Program-made: the position numbers and the translations under genes
Notes under the pieces: model-generated
What the model was told of the DNA's origin: nothing
What the model saw: the letters and a program-made list of their open reading frames with translations, nothing else
Databases searched by the model: none
From: Tubulanus polymorphus
Lineage: Eukaryota > Animalia > Nemertea
Reading direction: 5' to 3'
Assembly (NCBI RefSeq): GCF_964204645.1
Contig: NC_134033.1
Span: 4,674,231-4,738,230, forward strand
Length of the DNA stretch: 64,000 bases
In this document: positions 25,215-36,742 of the stretch, piece after piece
Position numbering within the stretch: position 1 is the first letter of the stretch
How the letters are laid out: every line of letters starts with the position of its first letter

Positions 25215-25522
25215 TTGACAACGAGAGGGTTGTGAAATTGGAGGAACTGACTCAGCGAAATTACAATAGACAGAGACCTACCTACCTAGCGTCGCCGTGA
25301 CAAAAATATAACAGCGCGAAATGACTTCAAAATGATGACTTTAAAAGTTCGTAGCCACTATAATCTACATGTAGAATAATTGTAATAAATCGTTGAATCT
25401 AATTCTGTCTTCTGTAATGAATTTCTATGTTCGCAATAAAACACTGATGTTCACTGGTACGAAAAACAACCGCTCCTATTACGAGATTATATAAAATTGG
25501 GAGGAGACCTCAAAATAACAAT
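25215..25522 (+). repeat. Partial copy of the left end of the ~1.9-kb dispersed element at 54602-56510
   Basis: ttgacaacgagagggttgtgaaat...aaagttcgtagccactataatctac...gagacctcaaaataaca is shared with 54602-54907 and, in part, with 38770-39003. Confidence 0.85.
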
Positions 25523-26914
25523 AAACTCTAGCTCCAACTCGTTTTTCTATTCGTATTGTTGAATTTTAAGGTACAAATGTATACAAATCTCATGTCTGTA
25601 TGGTGTAAAAAGTATAACTAAGTTTGATGTTTACGACAATCAATTCAATATCTTAAAAACGTTGAGCGATGTGATATTCCAAACTGTGGCATGCTTATGT
25701 ATATTTCAATAATATCTAAAAATATAAACATACTTCGATGAAAAAAGGTAAAACTTAAGCTTTTATGCAAAGTTTTATTTATGACACTCTACTGTTGATA
25801 TTATATAAACAACAAGTTTTACCAATATCCGTTGTTTAATCCCGTTACATTCATACGTCAATCGATTCAGGTAAATTTCTCAAAAATCTCGATTAATTCG
25901 CATTCTTGTTTCAGTTAGGTATGTCAGCATCGGTGCATGAATTCGTCATCGGAGCCTTTTAGGTTTATCTTATCTATTGAGATATTTCAGAATGTTTACA
26001 CAAACTCTTTTTGTGGCTTTGGCCATTGCTGCTGAGTCAATCGTATGAGAATCCCTTCGTCTGAGCGATGTGGAAAGCTTGTAACCATTAATAGTAGTGG
26101 CATTTCCACATGAATCTGGGTGCCCAAGCATTTAGTCTTTACAAGTATTGTCGCAAGTCTTCAAATATATGATCTACCTAATTTGCATCTGCCCTACATG
26201 AAAGTTGATATATTTCTAAATTTTATGTAGAAGTAGAGATCAAAAAGAGAGGAATTCCCCGCACTTGTAAAATCAATGGCAAACGAGGAACCTGGTGGAC
26301 CAGATACAAACTGTTGCAGTGGCAGCGGATTGGCTTTTGGTAAATGTTGTTGGTAATCTGTTGTATACATACATTGTTCAACAAGAGATATTTGTCAGAA
26401 AGAAAGCAAGTAAATCAAATGAATAATGTATATGAAAGTAACATACGATGTGTCTATTTATGTTAATTCAGATATTTTCCCTAATAAATTTCCCTAACGC
26501 TAATTTAAACATATCTGATTTTTTTCCCAATTCCGAGGCCCACGACTGAATACTGACGTACATGATTTCTGCAATATTCACTGAGGCGCCATCTACGTAT
26601 TCCCCTAGTCCCCGTGGCTAAGCACAGTGGTCGATTGCTCGAGATTGAAGTTAGATTGGGAAATCTGTCAATATAAAAGATTAAATGTACTCTAAGACAC
26701 TCTCTATAACAATCTACACAGACAGGTGACATGATCTCCAGCTCCAACAATGACGTCATTTGTAATTGACAGATCGCCATCTTTGCCGAGATACTCGTAA
26801 AATTAGGGTGCAATTGTTTATTATATAAAGTAATTGCAGAAATGTTAAGTTGAAATTTTTTTCTTGGTTTGCTGAATATCTGGCTAAGATTGATGGGTTA
26901 GTGGGTTATTTGTT

Positions 26915-27867
26915 TTACTGCTTATTTGAATATCTGCGGCGGATTTTCATACAGAAAAATTCACAAATTTCTCGTCCCAGTAAAAGATATATGTAGAAAT
27001 TTACCACAAAGTTACAAACATGGAACTGAGTGCAAATGTCAAATATAAAAGCTCTATGTTCCGGGGAGATCGGTAACAACGCCGTTGTAGTAGTTGGGAG
27101 TGTAAATATTGCAAATGCGAGCGAAACGGTAACAAGCATTTTCGTAGTACGTTTTGATTTTGTTGTTTTCTGATCCGACGAAATAATGTTTGAACTTTTG
27201 AATAACTGGACTATAATAACAGAATTCGATATGATGATCAAAACTAACGGTAAAAGGTTGGCGTGGATGACAATTATGGTAAAAAATGTTACTTGGTCAA
27301 GTAATGCGTAGTAACATCCGAAAAATCGGTCGAAAAAATGTATCGACAAAGCGGGTGTGAGATACAGAACCAGTACATTCACTGCAGTAATTACCAGAAT
27401 AGCGAAACTAGCGAATTTCGGTGTACATACCAAACGAGACGTGAACGGGAAGAGCACAACTGCAACACGTTCTAGAGTTATAGCCACAATTAACCACGAA
27501 CTATTACAGGATGCAGTAACCATAACAAATTCATAGATCTGACAACTGATTGAAGAAATCATGATGAATATAGGACCAACGTTTGATTTCAATAGTACAA
27601 ACTGTAAAACAGGCATCAGCGTATAGTTTACACAGTACAGCAAATCACAGACTGACAAAACGATGAGATAGTTAGCGTAAGATAAACTGCGAAATCTGCG
27701 ACTTATCATTATCAGGAACGTAGCTGAATTTCCAAAGGCTCCAAACAGAAACAAGACAGGCGGAATGACCAGTGACACCGTGCGGTAGATTCCAGACCTG
27801 TTCACGACAGACAATATGATGATGTAACTGCTGTAAGTTCGACCGATTTCAAACTGAGTAGTATCAT
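26915..27867 (-). pseudogene. Intronless class A GPCR, close paralog of 30339-31295; the homologous ATG is out of frame
   Basis: The full 7TM frame is open, but the start reads atg-at-act-act-cag against the paralog's atg-aat-tcg-act-cgc (one base missing). The ORF-track start is a TTG. Confidence 0.75.
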
Positions 27868-28291
27868 GATTCACGATGATGCAGACTGAGTAATTCAACG
27901 TAAATTAAATGATGTCGTATTTATTGAAGTAGCTTACAATGTGTTCGCATCTAACAGAAATCCAATTCTGACACATCTACGTATAACACAATTTAAATAT
28001 TCACGTATGTAGTTCGCAAATTTTCATTATTTGTAAACATAATGTAACTAAATTGAATATGAATATTTGTCGCACAATAATAAGATTATATCAGTTTGTT
28101 TCATTCTCGGTGGAGTTAGAACGATTCCACAACGCTGGCTCTGTAAGGTTGGACGACAACCATTTCATTACAAAAATTCATTTCTAGATACTTCTTACCT
28201 GTAGTTTTCAATGACGTACACAATTTGTTAACGGTTAATGTGCAGAATTTGGTAGGGTAGGCAAGCAGGCTATATTCAAAATTTCACAATA

Positions 28292-28935
28292 CAGTAAACT
28301 CTGCCTAAGTCGGATCTGGCCGAGTCGTATATAACCGCTCAACTCGGTGCAATATTAAAAAGATTCAGTTTCCTATATAAAGTAATGCTTTTGTATTCTC
28401 GTAGCAATGTCTCAATCGTTTTCGTTACTTAGTGCGCCTAAGTCGTATATTCTGAACGACCATTGGTCGAACCAGTATTATTTCAGCCCCAGTGAATTCT
28501 AACAATTTATGACAGGACCAATAATGCTCGTAGGGCTGGCACTGACAGTTCCAAACAGTAAATGAATTCTGCGGGTGGGTTCGAATCCCGGATATATGAC
28601 GCTGACAGCAGAGCGACTGCTGGTATGCGAGGTCGCACCCGACATGTAAATGCTGACGAAGGGATTCCCCGGCTACAGATTTAGATAGGGCTAATCGATC
28701 GTACATCAGACAGATGATACAAGCCACGAGCAACCAAACACTGAGGTTACTTATTCAAATAGTACACATTTGATTATATAACAGTTTTTACAGTGAATAA
28801 ACCTTATATATGCAACCATAGTCCTTAATAAATGAGTTCCGAAATATTTAAAAAAATGGTCTTCCATGTCGGATTCCGGCTATGTCGGACGAAATTATTG
28901 GGTACTAATTGATCCGACTTAGGCGGAGTTTACTG
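28292..28935. mobile_element. Non-autonomous Tc1/mariner-pogo-type MITE (644 bp)
   Basis: 25-bp TIRs cagtaaactctgcctaagtcggatc / gatccgacttaggcggagtttactg, flanked by TA on both sides. A second copy is at 51230-51876. Confidence 0.9.
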
Positions 28936-30338
28936 TAATGCAATGTTTTTCACTTCTTTCTGTCATACGGTCATGCCACGACATACTTCATACGGTCGTG
29001 CCACGAAAGCTTTCCCCCTGCTTTAAGACACTTATTACATTGCGGCAGCATTGTCTTAACAGTTCCGCGGCTTAACAGCACAAACAACAGTCTGCCCGTC
29101 TGTTTAGTAGTCTAGATAAATGTACGGAAGCTGGAGGTCATGGCTATTGTTGCTATTATCAGACAACCTGCGTTGATGCGTACGTCTCAAATAAACAATA
29201 AATACCGATAATGTAAATAAATAAGTCTGGAAGTGACGTATGTGTCTGCGTTCGAAAACCTAATATGAGCTGATGAGCGCAAATGATATTTTTAGTTTAT
29301 TGTGACGTGTGTAGGTACGTCAACACTCCATTCATGGGTTGGAGGAATGTTGTGGCGTATGAATACGTCTAAGTCCATGAATTCCAAGCCATGTGTGGAA
29401 GAGGGCCTGCACACGTTACTAAACAGTAAAACAATATACAAAAGGGACCGTTGGTAGTTTAAGGAGGTTGAAGAAAGAATAGAGCTTTGAGAAGGCTTGA
29501 GAGAAGAAATGGAGGTATTAGAAAGAAGGGAGCTGAAGGAAGAAGATTGTATACATCTAGTAAAGAGAAAATAAACGAATGAATAACTTAAGAAGTCGTT
29601 AGGCTATATACAGGAGCATTGTACAGGAATGAAGATCCGGCCTAGAACGCGGTAACCCACACAACATCACGGAGAGAGATTCGCGACCTCAATAGTAGTG
29701 ATGAACCACAACACTAGTGGATAACCCAAACCCGACACCGCAACAGAGTGATGAGCCCTTGCACAGAGTTTCATCGTCACTATTCCACCCAGATGCTGAA
29801 TACTCGAAATGTGACGATTTTAGATCACCTCGTAAACGAAATATATTTCGTCCCAGAATTATGTTGCAGATACACGTTCAGTGCTGAATATATAAAAAGA
29901 GACGATTCCGGATTAACTCACAAAACAAACACAATTTTTTTAACTAGATGTGTTATCAAGAAGTTTGAAAGCCACATAATTCTACCCCCTGCAAAAAATT
30001 TATGTTATATGAAATAGCGAAAATATGAAATGACGATAATTATTCCACATGGCAGTATTGGAAATAGGTAATCTTGTTTGTGTGCTAATGTTTATGTTTG
30101 TCCAACGATACCGAGCCACCGGTATTCTGACTCCTGGAAAATATAAATGTAACTATGTAACTACATCGACTATATATACTTTAATAGTAGCTACATATTC
30201 ATGATTAATGTAAGGTATCAGAGAATTGATTTTTCAATAAACAAATAAATGTGCGCTTCGATAAATCTACATTATTTCATTTACGCTGGATCTCTTCCTG
30301 TCAGTCCAGACCTGCAAGACTAATAATCACCGTGAATC

Positions 30339-31295
30339 ATGAATTCGACTCGCGTTCAAATCGGTCGAACTTACAGCAGTTACATCATCCTCATGTCTGT
30401 AGTGAACAGGTCTGGAATCTACCGCACTGTGTCATTGATCATTTCGCCTGCGTTGGTTCTGTTTGGTGTCTTCGGAAATTCAGCTACTTTCCTAATAATG
30501 ATAAGTCGCAGATTCCGCAGTTTATCTTACGCTAACTATCTCATCGTATTGTCAGTCTGTGATTTTCTGTACTGTATAAATACGCTGATGCCCGTTTTAC
30601 AGTTCGTTCTCTTACATCCAAACGTCGGTCCTATATTCATCATGAAATCTTCGATCAGTTGTCAAGTCTTTGAATTTGTAATGATACTTGCAGGAAGCAA
30701 TAGTTCGTGGTTAATAGTAGCTATAACTCTAGAACGCGTAGCAGTTGTGCTCTTCCCGTTCACATCTCGTTTGGTATGTACACCGAGATTCGCTAGATTA
30801 GCCATATTCATAATTACTGCAGTGAATGTAATGGTTCTGTATCTCACACCCGCTTTGTCGATACATTTCTTTGACCAGTTTTTCGGATGTTTCTACGCAT
30901 TACTTGACCAAGTAACGTTTTTTACCACAATTGTCATCCATGTCAACCTTTTACCGTTAGTTTTGATCGTTATATCGAACTATGTTATAATAGTTCAGTT
31001 GTTCAAAGGTTCAAAAATGGTTTCGTCTGATCAGAAAACTACAAAATCAAAACGTACTACAATAATGCTCGTTACAGTTTCGCTCGTATTTGCAATATTT
31101 ACACTTCCAACTACTATAACGTCGTTATTACCAGTCTCACCGGAACAGAGAGATTTCCTATTGGACATTTGCACTCAGTTCCATGTTTGTAACTATGTAG
31201 TAAATTTTTACATATATCTTTTACTGGGACGAGAAATTCGTGAGTATTTCTGTCTGAAAATCCACTGTAGAAATTCAGTCAAAAATAACTATTGA
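30339..31295 (+). CDS. Intronless class A GPCR (318 aa); the intact member of the local paralog family
   Basis: MNST start, GVFGN, LSVCD, ITLERVAVVLFPF, FTLP and NYVVNFYIYLLLGREIR. Confidence 0.92.
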   Translation: MNSTRVQIGRTYSSYIILMSVVNRSGIYRTVSLIISPALVLFGVFGNSATFLIMISRRFRSLSYANYLIVLSVCDFLYCINTLMPVLQFVLLHPNVGPIFIMKSSISCQVFEFVMILAGSNSSWLIVAITLERVAVVLFPFTSRLVCTPRFARLAIFIITAVNVMVLYLTPALSIHFFDQFFGCFYALLDQVTFFTTIVIHVNLLPLVLIVISNYVIIVQLFKGSKMVSSDQKTTKSKRTTIMLVTVSLVFAIFTLPTTITSLLPVSPEQRDFLLDICTQFHVCNYVVNFYIYLLLGREIREYFCLKIHCRNSVKNNY

Positions 31296-31629
31296 TTTCA
31301 AGGATTAATCCTCTTTAAACCCATAGAACCGGTATTCAATGTGCACTGTGCATTGTGATATTCTGTAGATTCCATTCCTACAACTCCATAAAAATTACTA
31401 CGCACACTCAAAAATCATCTTCAACAAATCGATGGTTTTCTATTTGTTTATTGCTCATTTTCCCCTCACAACACACACACACAGAAATACGAATTAATTT
31501 TCCTTTCCTTCGAATTCACGTTTCAACTAACTATAGTGCAAAACTGTCTATATGAAAAACATTCAGTAAACAAAACACAACGAACTTGATCGAGTTTACC
31601 AAAAAAATACCGGAAACCTGTTCTTTAAC

Positions 31630-31918
31630 GGTGTTATGTTTCGCTATTTTGGAAACGTCGCACAAATCGGCTTGAAATTGAGAGTTAAGTCTGTACGTCA
31701 CGGTTTTGTTTCTCGGAAATCGTTTCCGGGCCGTCGCGTGTAGTGTGTATACGTCTTGACGCAACGACCAATCTTTGATTTGTCTTCGAGAAATCTTCTG
31801 ACCGTTTGCTTTTGCTAGTCTGTCTAGAGTTTGAACGCTTCCATAAGAACCGGGATGTTTTGGTGCGAAAATAAACTTTCGTCAACCATTCGTTCTGCAG
31901 TCCCGTCAACTTTGCCAT
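31630..31918 (-). pseudogene. Polinton/Maverick retroviral-like integrase, N-terminal fragment
   Basis: With one frameshift it reads MAKL...TKVYF..KHPGSYGSVQTL...ISRRQIKDWSLRQDVYTLHATARKRFPRNKT...SQFQADLCDVSKIAKHN, the characteristic Polinton integrase N-terminus through the first catalytic Asp. Confidence 0.85.
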
Positions 31919-32618
31919 TATTATCAATTACCACTGTGTTACCACGACAACAAGAGGAGATGCAATTCACTTTACTAACCTTGCAATTCAACTCTAGATT
32001 TGTATCGGTTAAACAGCAACACAATTTCAATACTGGTACGTGCTCTTTTAATGGATCTCATATCAAACCACGTTCGTGATAAAATCACATATAATTCTAT
32101 TTCGGTTGGAATACATTTTGATGACGTCAATTTCCTGTTTTACAAATTAAAACCGGAAAATACTAAACGGTTCGATGAAATTTCCGATTGAAAAAACTTA
32201 GGTTCGATAGAAATTTGTTTACACAAGAAAAGGTTTGAAAATTTTTCTATAATAAAAAAATCATATAAAGTTGCTTTAAAACCTACTTCTGCGCGGGTAA
32301 TGTTTTAGACAGTTTTATACAAAATATCGCGGCTACAATTCTACGATATAAATTACTCGACATATCGAGTTGCTGTAAAATCATTTTAAGCTATTCGCGT
32401 CAAAACGTTGTTCGACGAAAGTTTTCACCATAGGATTGATATCGTCTAGATAATTTCTAGGTATTAATATCACGTATACGGGAGTCATATCGAATAATCC
32501 GTATGATATAAATCTCACAATTTTTTCCGTCATCATTATCACCACGCGTTTATAAAGTTCGAGGGCACCGTTTTTATGAGTTAGTCGCGACTGAGAAGGG
32601 CATTTAAAAGAATGTTAG

Positions 32619-32947
32619 TCAGTACACATCTTGTATCGCTCGTTCATTTCTAGCCCCCGTCAAGATGATCGTTCCACCGTTATGCACGATGCATTTTATT
32701 CGATTATCCGCTGTATACACGAGTCCCGGAAATATTTCCGGTTCGTAACTCGAACTGCTACCAAAGAAATTGTCTAAAGTTTCCAAAGAAATCCGTTTTC
32801 CAGTCTTTTTCACGGCCGAAATTTGAACGCCGTGCTTTGAAATCGGAAATTTTTACTTTACATCCCAATTTTTGCACTTTTCGACCGAATTGTCTCGCCG
32901 CATGTTTGTTCTGAAATATACTTTTCGAACCCGTGATCACCATTTTT
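32619..32947 (-). pseudogene. Divergent TATA-binding-protein-like gene fragment
   Basis: KMVITGSKS...AARQFGRKVQKLG...SDFK, a frameshift near 32835, then SSYEPEIFPGLVY...GTIILTGAR. These match the TBP core motifs KMVCTGAKS, AARKYARVVQKLG, YEPELFPGLIY and GKVVLTGAK. No introns. Confidence 0.85.
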
Positions 32948-33222
32948 CTGACGATCGACGTCAATGGCTGGCACTATTCATTCGCTTTTTTTGCCTTGTT
33001 TAATACGGCCATATTGGCTACGATAATGACGACGTACGCTCAGATATATAGACTCGTATCTGGAAGTAGGTCGGGCTCGGGTAGAGCCGTTCCTACCGAA
33101 CTGGTTTTAGCTCGAAGGAGTTTAGTAATCAATCTTTGTAATTTATTTTGCTGGCTACCGAAAATAATCGTTCAGTTTTGCCCCGTATTTTCGGTCGAGA
33201 TACTGAACCAGGTTGCCGCTTG
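32948..33222 (+). pseudogene. GRL101-like receptor fragment (TM5-TM6)
   Basis: Nearly identical to 1319-1538 (ctgacgatcgacgtcaatggctggcactattc...), and it retains the 55 bp deleted there. Confidence 0.9.
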
Positions 33223-33460
33223 TTATAGAATATAAATTAGAATATTTCGCCATGAATGTTGTCTACGCTTACATTCTACCGTTATCTTTCATCATTCTAT
33301 TGAATTCTGTTATAATAGTTCAGTTATTCAAGAAATCAAAAATTATTTCTTCTGAAAAGAAAACTACAAAATCACAGCGTACAAAAAAAGCTGTTTAACT
33401 CGCGTTTGCAGTATTTGCGCTACCATCCACGTCACTGTATTCCTACCAATCTCGACAGAA
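33223..33460 (+). pseudogene. Fragment (TM5-TM6) of the 30339-type GPCR family
   Basis: ILPLSFIILLNSVIIVQLFKKSKIISSEKKTTKSQRT matches the paralogs' NSVIIVQLFKSSNIISSDQKTTKSKRT. Confidence 0.8.
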
Positions 33461-34512
33461 CTAAAAGACGAACGGTGCAACGAACATAATTAAGTAATTT
33501 CTAGAATCAGCCATAGTAAGAACAGGATTAATAGTATATTAAATTAAATATTTTCACTAGCGGTTGAACCGGCACTTGGACTTTTGTCCAGGCGCAACCT
33601 TGATTGAAAATATCCGAAATTTCTTTGTCATCTTTCTCGCATTTTAGTTTTTCGTACTTTCGTTTTCAAAGTGTAGTTAATTTGATAATCATTAACTACA
33701 GAAGGTAATAACGATCAGTTACCGGTATTAAGGATACGGATTGATTGGACAGTTCATTTTAGGAAAATACCATGTGTGGTATTTTTGTGGTCTGCTAAGT
33801 AATTAGTTATACGTCCTCGCTGTTACTGTTGATGGCCTGTCGTCTGCTCAAGTTGTTCGCTCATTGTTCGTCCTCTGGATTCTCATGCCGTGGGAATTAT
33901 AAAGGCTTTACATAGTCTTAAGACGGACACATGGAAATAGAATTTGCAACACCGAAATACATTTATAGTTAGTAGTTTGTACTGAGGACGTGTAGTACGA
34001 TGTTATACCGTGTAAAAACCTCTTTTTCGGATAAACTTGTTACAACCAGCCGGGAACCGAATGGCATCACGAATTGGAGGTTAGTGAATTTTGGCTGAGT
34101 TTTCTCTGATGACAGTTTTAGATTTTTGGCAGTTGCTGTACCTAGTGTATCAGCAGTAAACGATGAAAGAAATTTGATGTTCCGAAGTAATATCGAAATC
34201 CATTTTAATGAATGTATATATTACCTACTGTTACTATCTGGTGGTTTTATTATTCTTGTACAAATAGGACAAATTAGTGAAGCGTCATAAACCGCCATAA
34301 ACATATTAATAATTCACTCCTGATCTATATAGTAATTGTCACGACACGATATTTAACGCATCACCGGTTTTAATGTCGTTTTCGCACAATGATTTCAACT
34401 GTAAATTTAATGATGAAATCGGAAGTGTTACAGTTATGAAACGTGTACCGGGTTTCCGTGTTTCTCACGGGTTGTACTGACATAAAAAGTCGTTGTGATT
34501 GTTGCAAGGAAT

Positions 34513-34913
34513 TTTAACAAAACTAATTGTTCTAACTCGTCTTTCGGGGAAGCTCCAGCTACGATTAAATCCTGAGTTATGCAACAATGAGAAAGCTAGT
34601 AGTTTTCAGCACTAAACGTAGACGATTTTATTCTTTAGATTCTCAATCGAGTAGCTTGGGAATTTGCCTGCAAGATGTATCAGGCTCCAAGACTCGTCTC
34701 AAACTCAACTGCTGTTCATGGATTTACATTCTATTTATATAATACTATAAAAGTTGACAGACATGTTTGAGCACACAATTAATTACAAAACAAACTGTTA
34801 TCACAGGTGTCGAATTGACAGATGTCTAACTGATTGTGTGAGTAATAATTAATTAATGGTGAATTAAAACAACAGCGCGATTAAAAGTGTACATGTATAT
34901 TATTTTTGCTAAA
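34513..34913 (-). repeat. 3' LTR
   Basis: No difference from 36743-37143 on base-by-base reading. Minus-strand TATA-like tatataaata and an AATAAA are present. Confidence 0.95.
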
Positions 34914-35277
34914 TCCTTCCTTACTATCCTTCAAACTTTTGTCCGCAAAAGCTGAATAGAATATCAACATGTTTCGTAATCACAGTAAAAAGAGTTTTAC
35001 TAAATTCATTCCTGCCATACACACGTATTTTCGTCGTCGTTAAAGTTCACGATATACGGGTTTTCACTGCCCGCTAACTTCAATGGCGTAACTCTGTTCG
35101 TTGATGGCGGCAATGTTCTGAGAATGAATTATATTGCGATTCAGAAAGAGACCGAAATTTACAGTTCCGTTCTCAAATTCTATCGGTGTGGACAACCAGG
35201 ACAGACATCACACAAGTAAACATGCATTGATGAGAATTCTATTAATCTAAAGTCTAGGGAATCGTAATATATTTGTA

Positions 35278-36630
35278 TCAGTCAAATTTAGATTTTATGT
35301 CTAAGAGCAGTGGTAACGTAAGACCATAGTCTTTGGCTATATTAGTTAATTTCAAATCATCATTTAACCTAAATCGTTGACCTTTTTTAATTTCACAAAC
35401 TAAAAACATACTTTCAATTTCCAATGCATAAAATTCCTTAAGCCATGTATCTCGCATTTCGCATTTAAGATCCCTCACTGATGTGTCACCAGGGACGAAT
35501 ATATTCTTTTGCATCTGTATTTGGAAAGGCTCAGAAAATGCTTTAATCATACGTGGACGATTAATCACTGTAACGGGGACGTGGATACCTAGATCCAATC
35601 CACTGCCAGTGTCAACCTTGCGAAAAGGTTTTCTAAATCTACGTTGTGGCCTATAGCTAGCCAGGTCCCACGACGCAATTTGTTCCGGTTCTACCTGCTG
35701 AGATTTTGGATTTAAGCTGGCCGAGTTATTTTTAGTATTATCCAAATGCTCAGCTAAGGCAGTACATTCTGATATTTTGACCGGATTAACAAACATGCGC
35801 TCTCTCTCCAAGATTGTTAACTTGTTTTTAAGATTTTCGTTATCTTCTGACAATTGGTCACTAATCTTTTTGATGCTCTGTTTATGTTGTTCGTTTTTAC
35901 TGATTTGCCTTTTTAACTGTTCTATTTTACATATTTGTTCTGTATTTTGCGATCGCCACTTCTCTAGTTCAAAATTCAATTCGGTTATTTCTTGACTCAG
36001 AGTGGTTTTGTTAGCTTTCTGTTCCACTATTACTTTGGTGTCAGATAATTGATTTGCTAATTTGTCAGTATCAATTTTGGCTTTGGCTACAATACCTTCC
36101 TTATGTTTCTGTTCGAGTCTAAATGCCAAATTTTCAGATTCTAATTCCTCGTTAATAATTTGCAAAATTTTCATATCTCGTTTAAATTTAAAAATTTCAT
36201 TTCTGTAATTTTGGTGACTAGAGTTAACCTCTACGAACATTGCAGTTCCTAATGAATTAAAGGGCATTTGGCGAGCTATGAATTTTCTAAGATTGTATTC
36301 TTGAAATCTTATTTTATCTCTTGATTTCTGCTTTTCACATTTAATTTTAATTTTAGGTTCGTTTGTTATATTATTTTGAATTGAGCATTTATTATCTATT
36401 CGCGTATTCCTGAATCTACAACATCGAACGAAATGTCCTATTCGCTTACAAAGATTACACCTAGATATCAATGCATGACACTTGTGTGAATAGACCATAT
36501 CCCACTTACCACACCGTTCACATTTATCATGGAAGTTCTTTGGCACTTGAAGATAAATTCTTTGATGCTGGGTTTTTCCATCATGGTAGTTTCTCCACTC
36601 CAATGGCTGGTCGTTGATGAAGAACGTCAT
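35278..36630 (-). CDS. LTR-element ORF: N-terminal Gypsy-type zinc knuckles, coiled coil, putative ubiquitin/Atg8-like C-terminal domain
   Basis: CERCGK...HKC and CNLCKRIGHFVRCC, a heptad-rich region at about aa 140-280, and a C-terminal VPVTV...FVPGDTSVRDL...MFLV. Intact 450-aa ORF in the element's sense orientation. Confidence 0.8.
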   Translation of the reverse strand: MTFFINDQPLEWRNYHDGKTQHQRIYLQVPKNFHDKCERCGKWDMVYSHKCHALISRCNLCKRIGHFVRCCRFRNTRIDNKCSIQNNITNEPKIKIKCEKQKSRDKIRFQEYNLRKFIARQMPFNSLGTAMFVEVNSSHQNYRNEIFKFKRDMKILQIINEELESENLAFRLEQKHKEGIVAKAKIDTDKLANQLSDTKVIVEQKANKTTLSQEITELNFELEKWRSQNTEQICKIEQLKRQISKNEQHKQSIKKISDQLSEDNENLKNKLTILERERMFVNPVKISECTALAEHLDNTKNNSASLNPKSQQVEPEQIASWDLASYRPQRRFRKPFRKVDTGSGLDLGIHVPVTVINRPRMIKAFSEPFQIQMQKNIFVPGDTSVRDLKCEMRDTWLKEFYALEIESMFLVCEIKKGQRFRLNDDLKLTNIAKDYGLTLPLLLDIKSKFD

Positions 36631-36742
36631 GATTTTCTTATCTCGCTCAGGTGCTGATGACTGTTTATATGCTTCAGATGATTATTGTAGCTGCGTTGTT
36701 GACAAATAGGTACCAGTTCTCTGCTCACGGGTTCTCCACCAA

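Noticed and set aside
25900-26400. Possible piggyBac-like transposase N-terminal relic (FVSGPPG...SLFDLYF)
   Set aside because: The similarity is too short and no catalytic motifs or TIR pair were found.
28425-28733. ORF repeated at 51418-51675 that looks like a conserved gene
   Set aside because: Both lie inside copies of the same MITE, have non-ATG starts and show no transposase motifs.
29301-29670. Possible solo LTR (tgtgacg...catcacg, with TATA-like and AATAAA motifs)
   Set aside because: The right end is not CA, and there is no TSD or second copy in the window.
33700-34290. Possible highly decayed GPCR pseudogene (ILFPC, NCPINPY)
   Set aside because: The motifs are too fragmentary to distinguish from chance.
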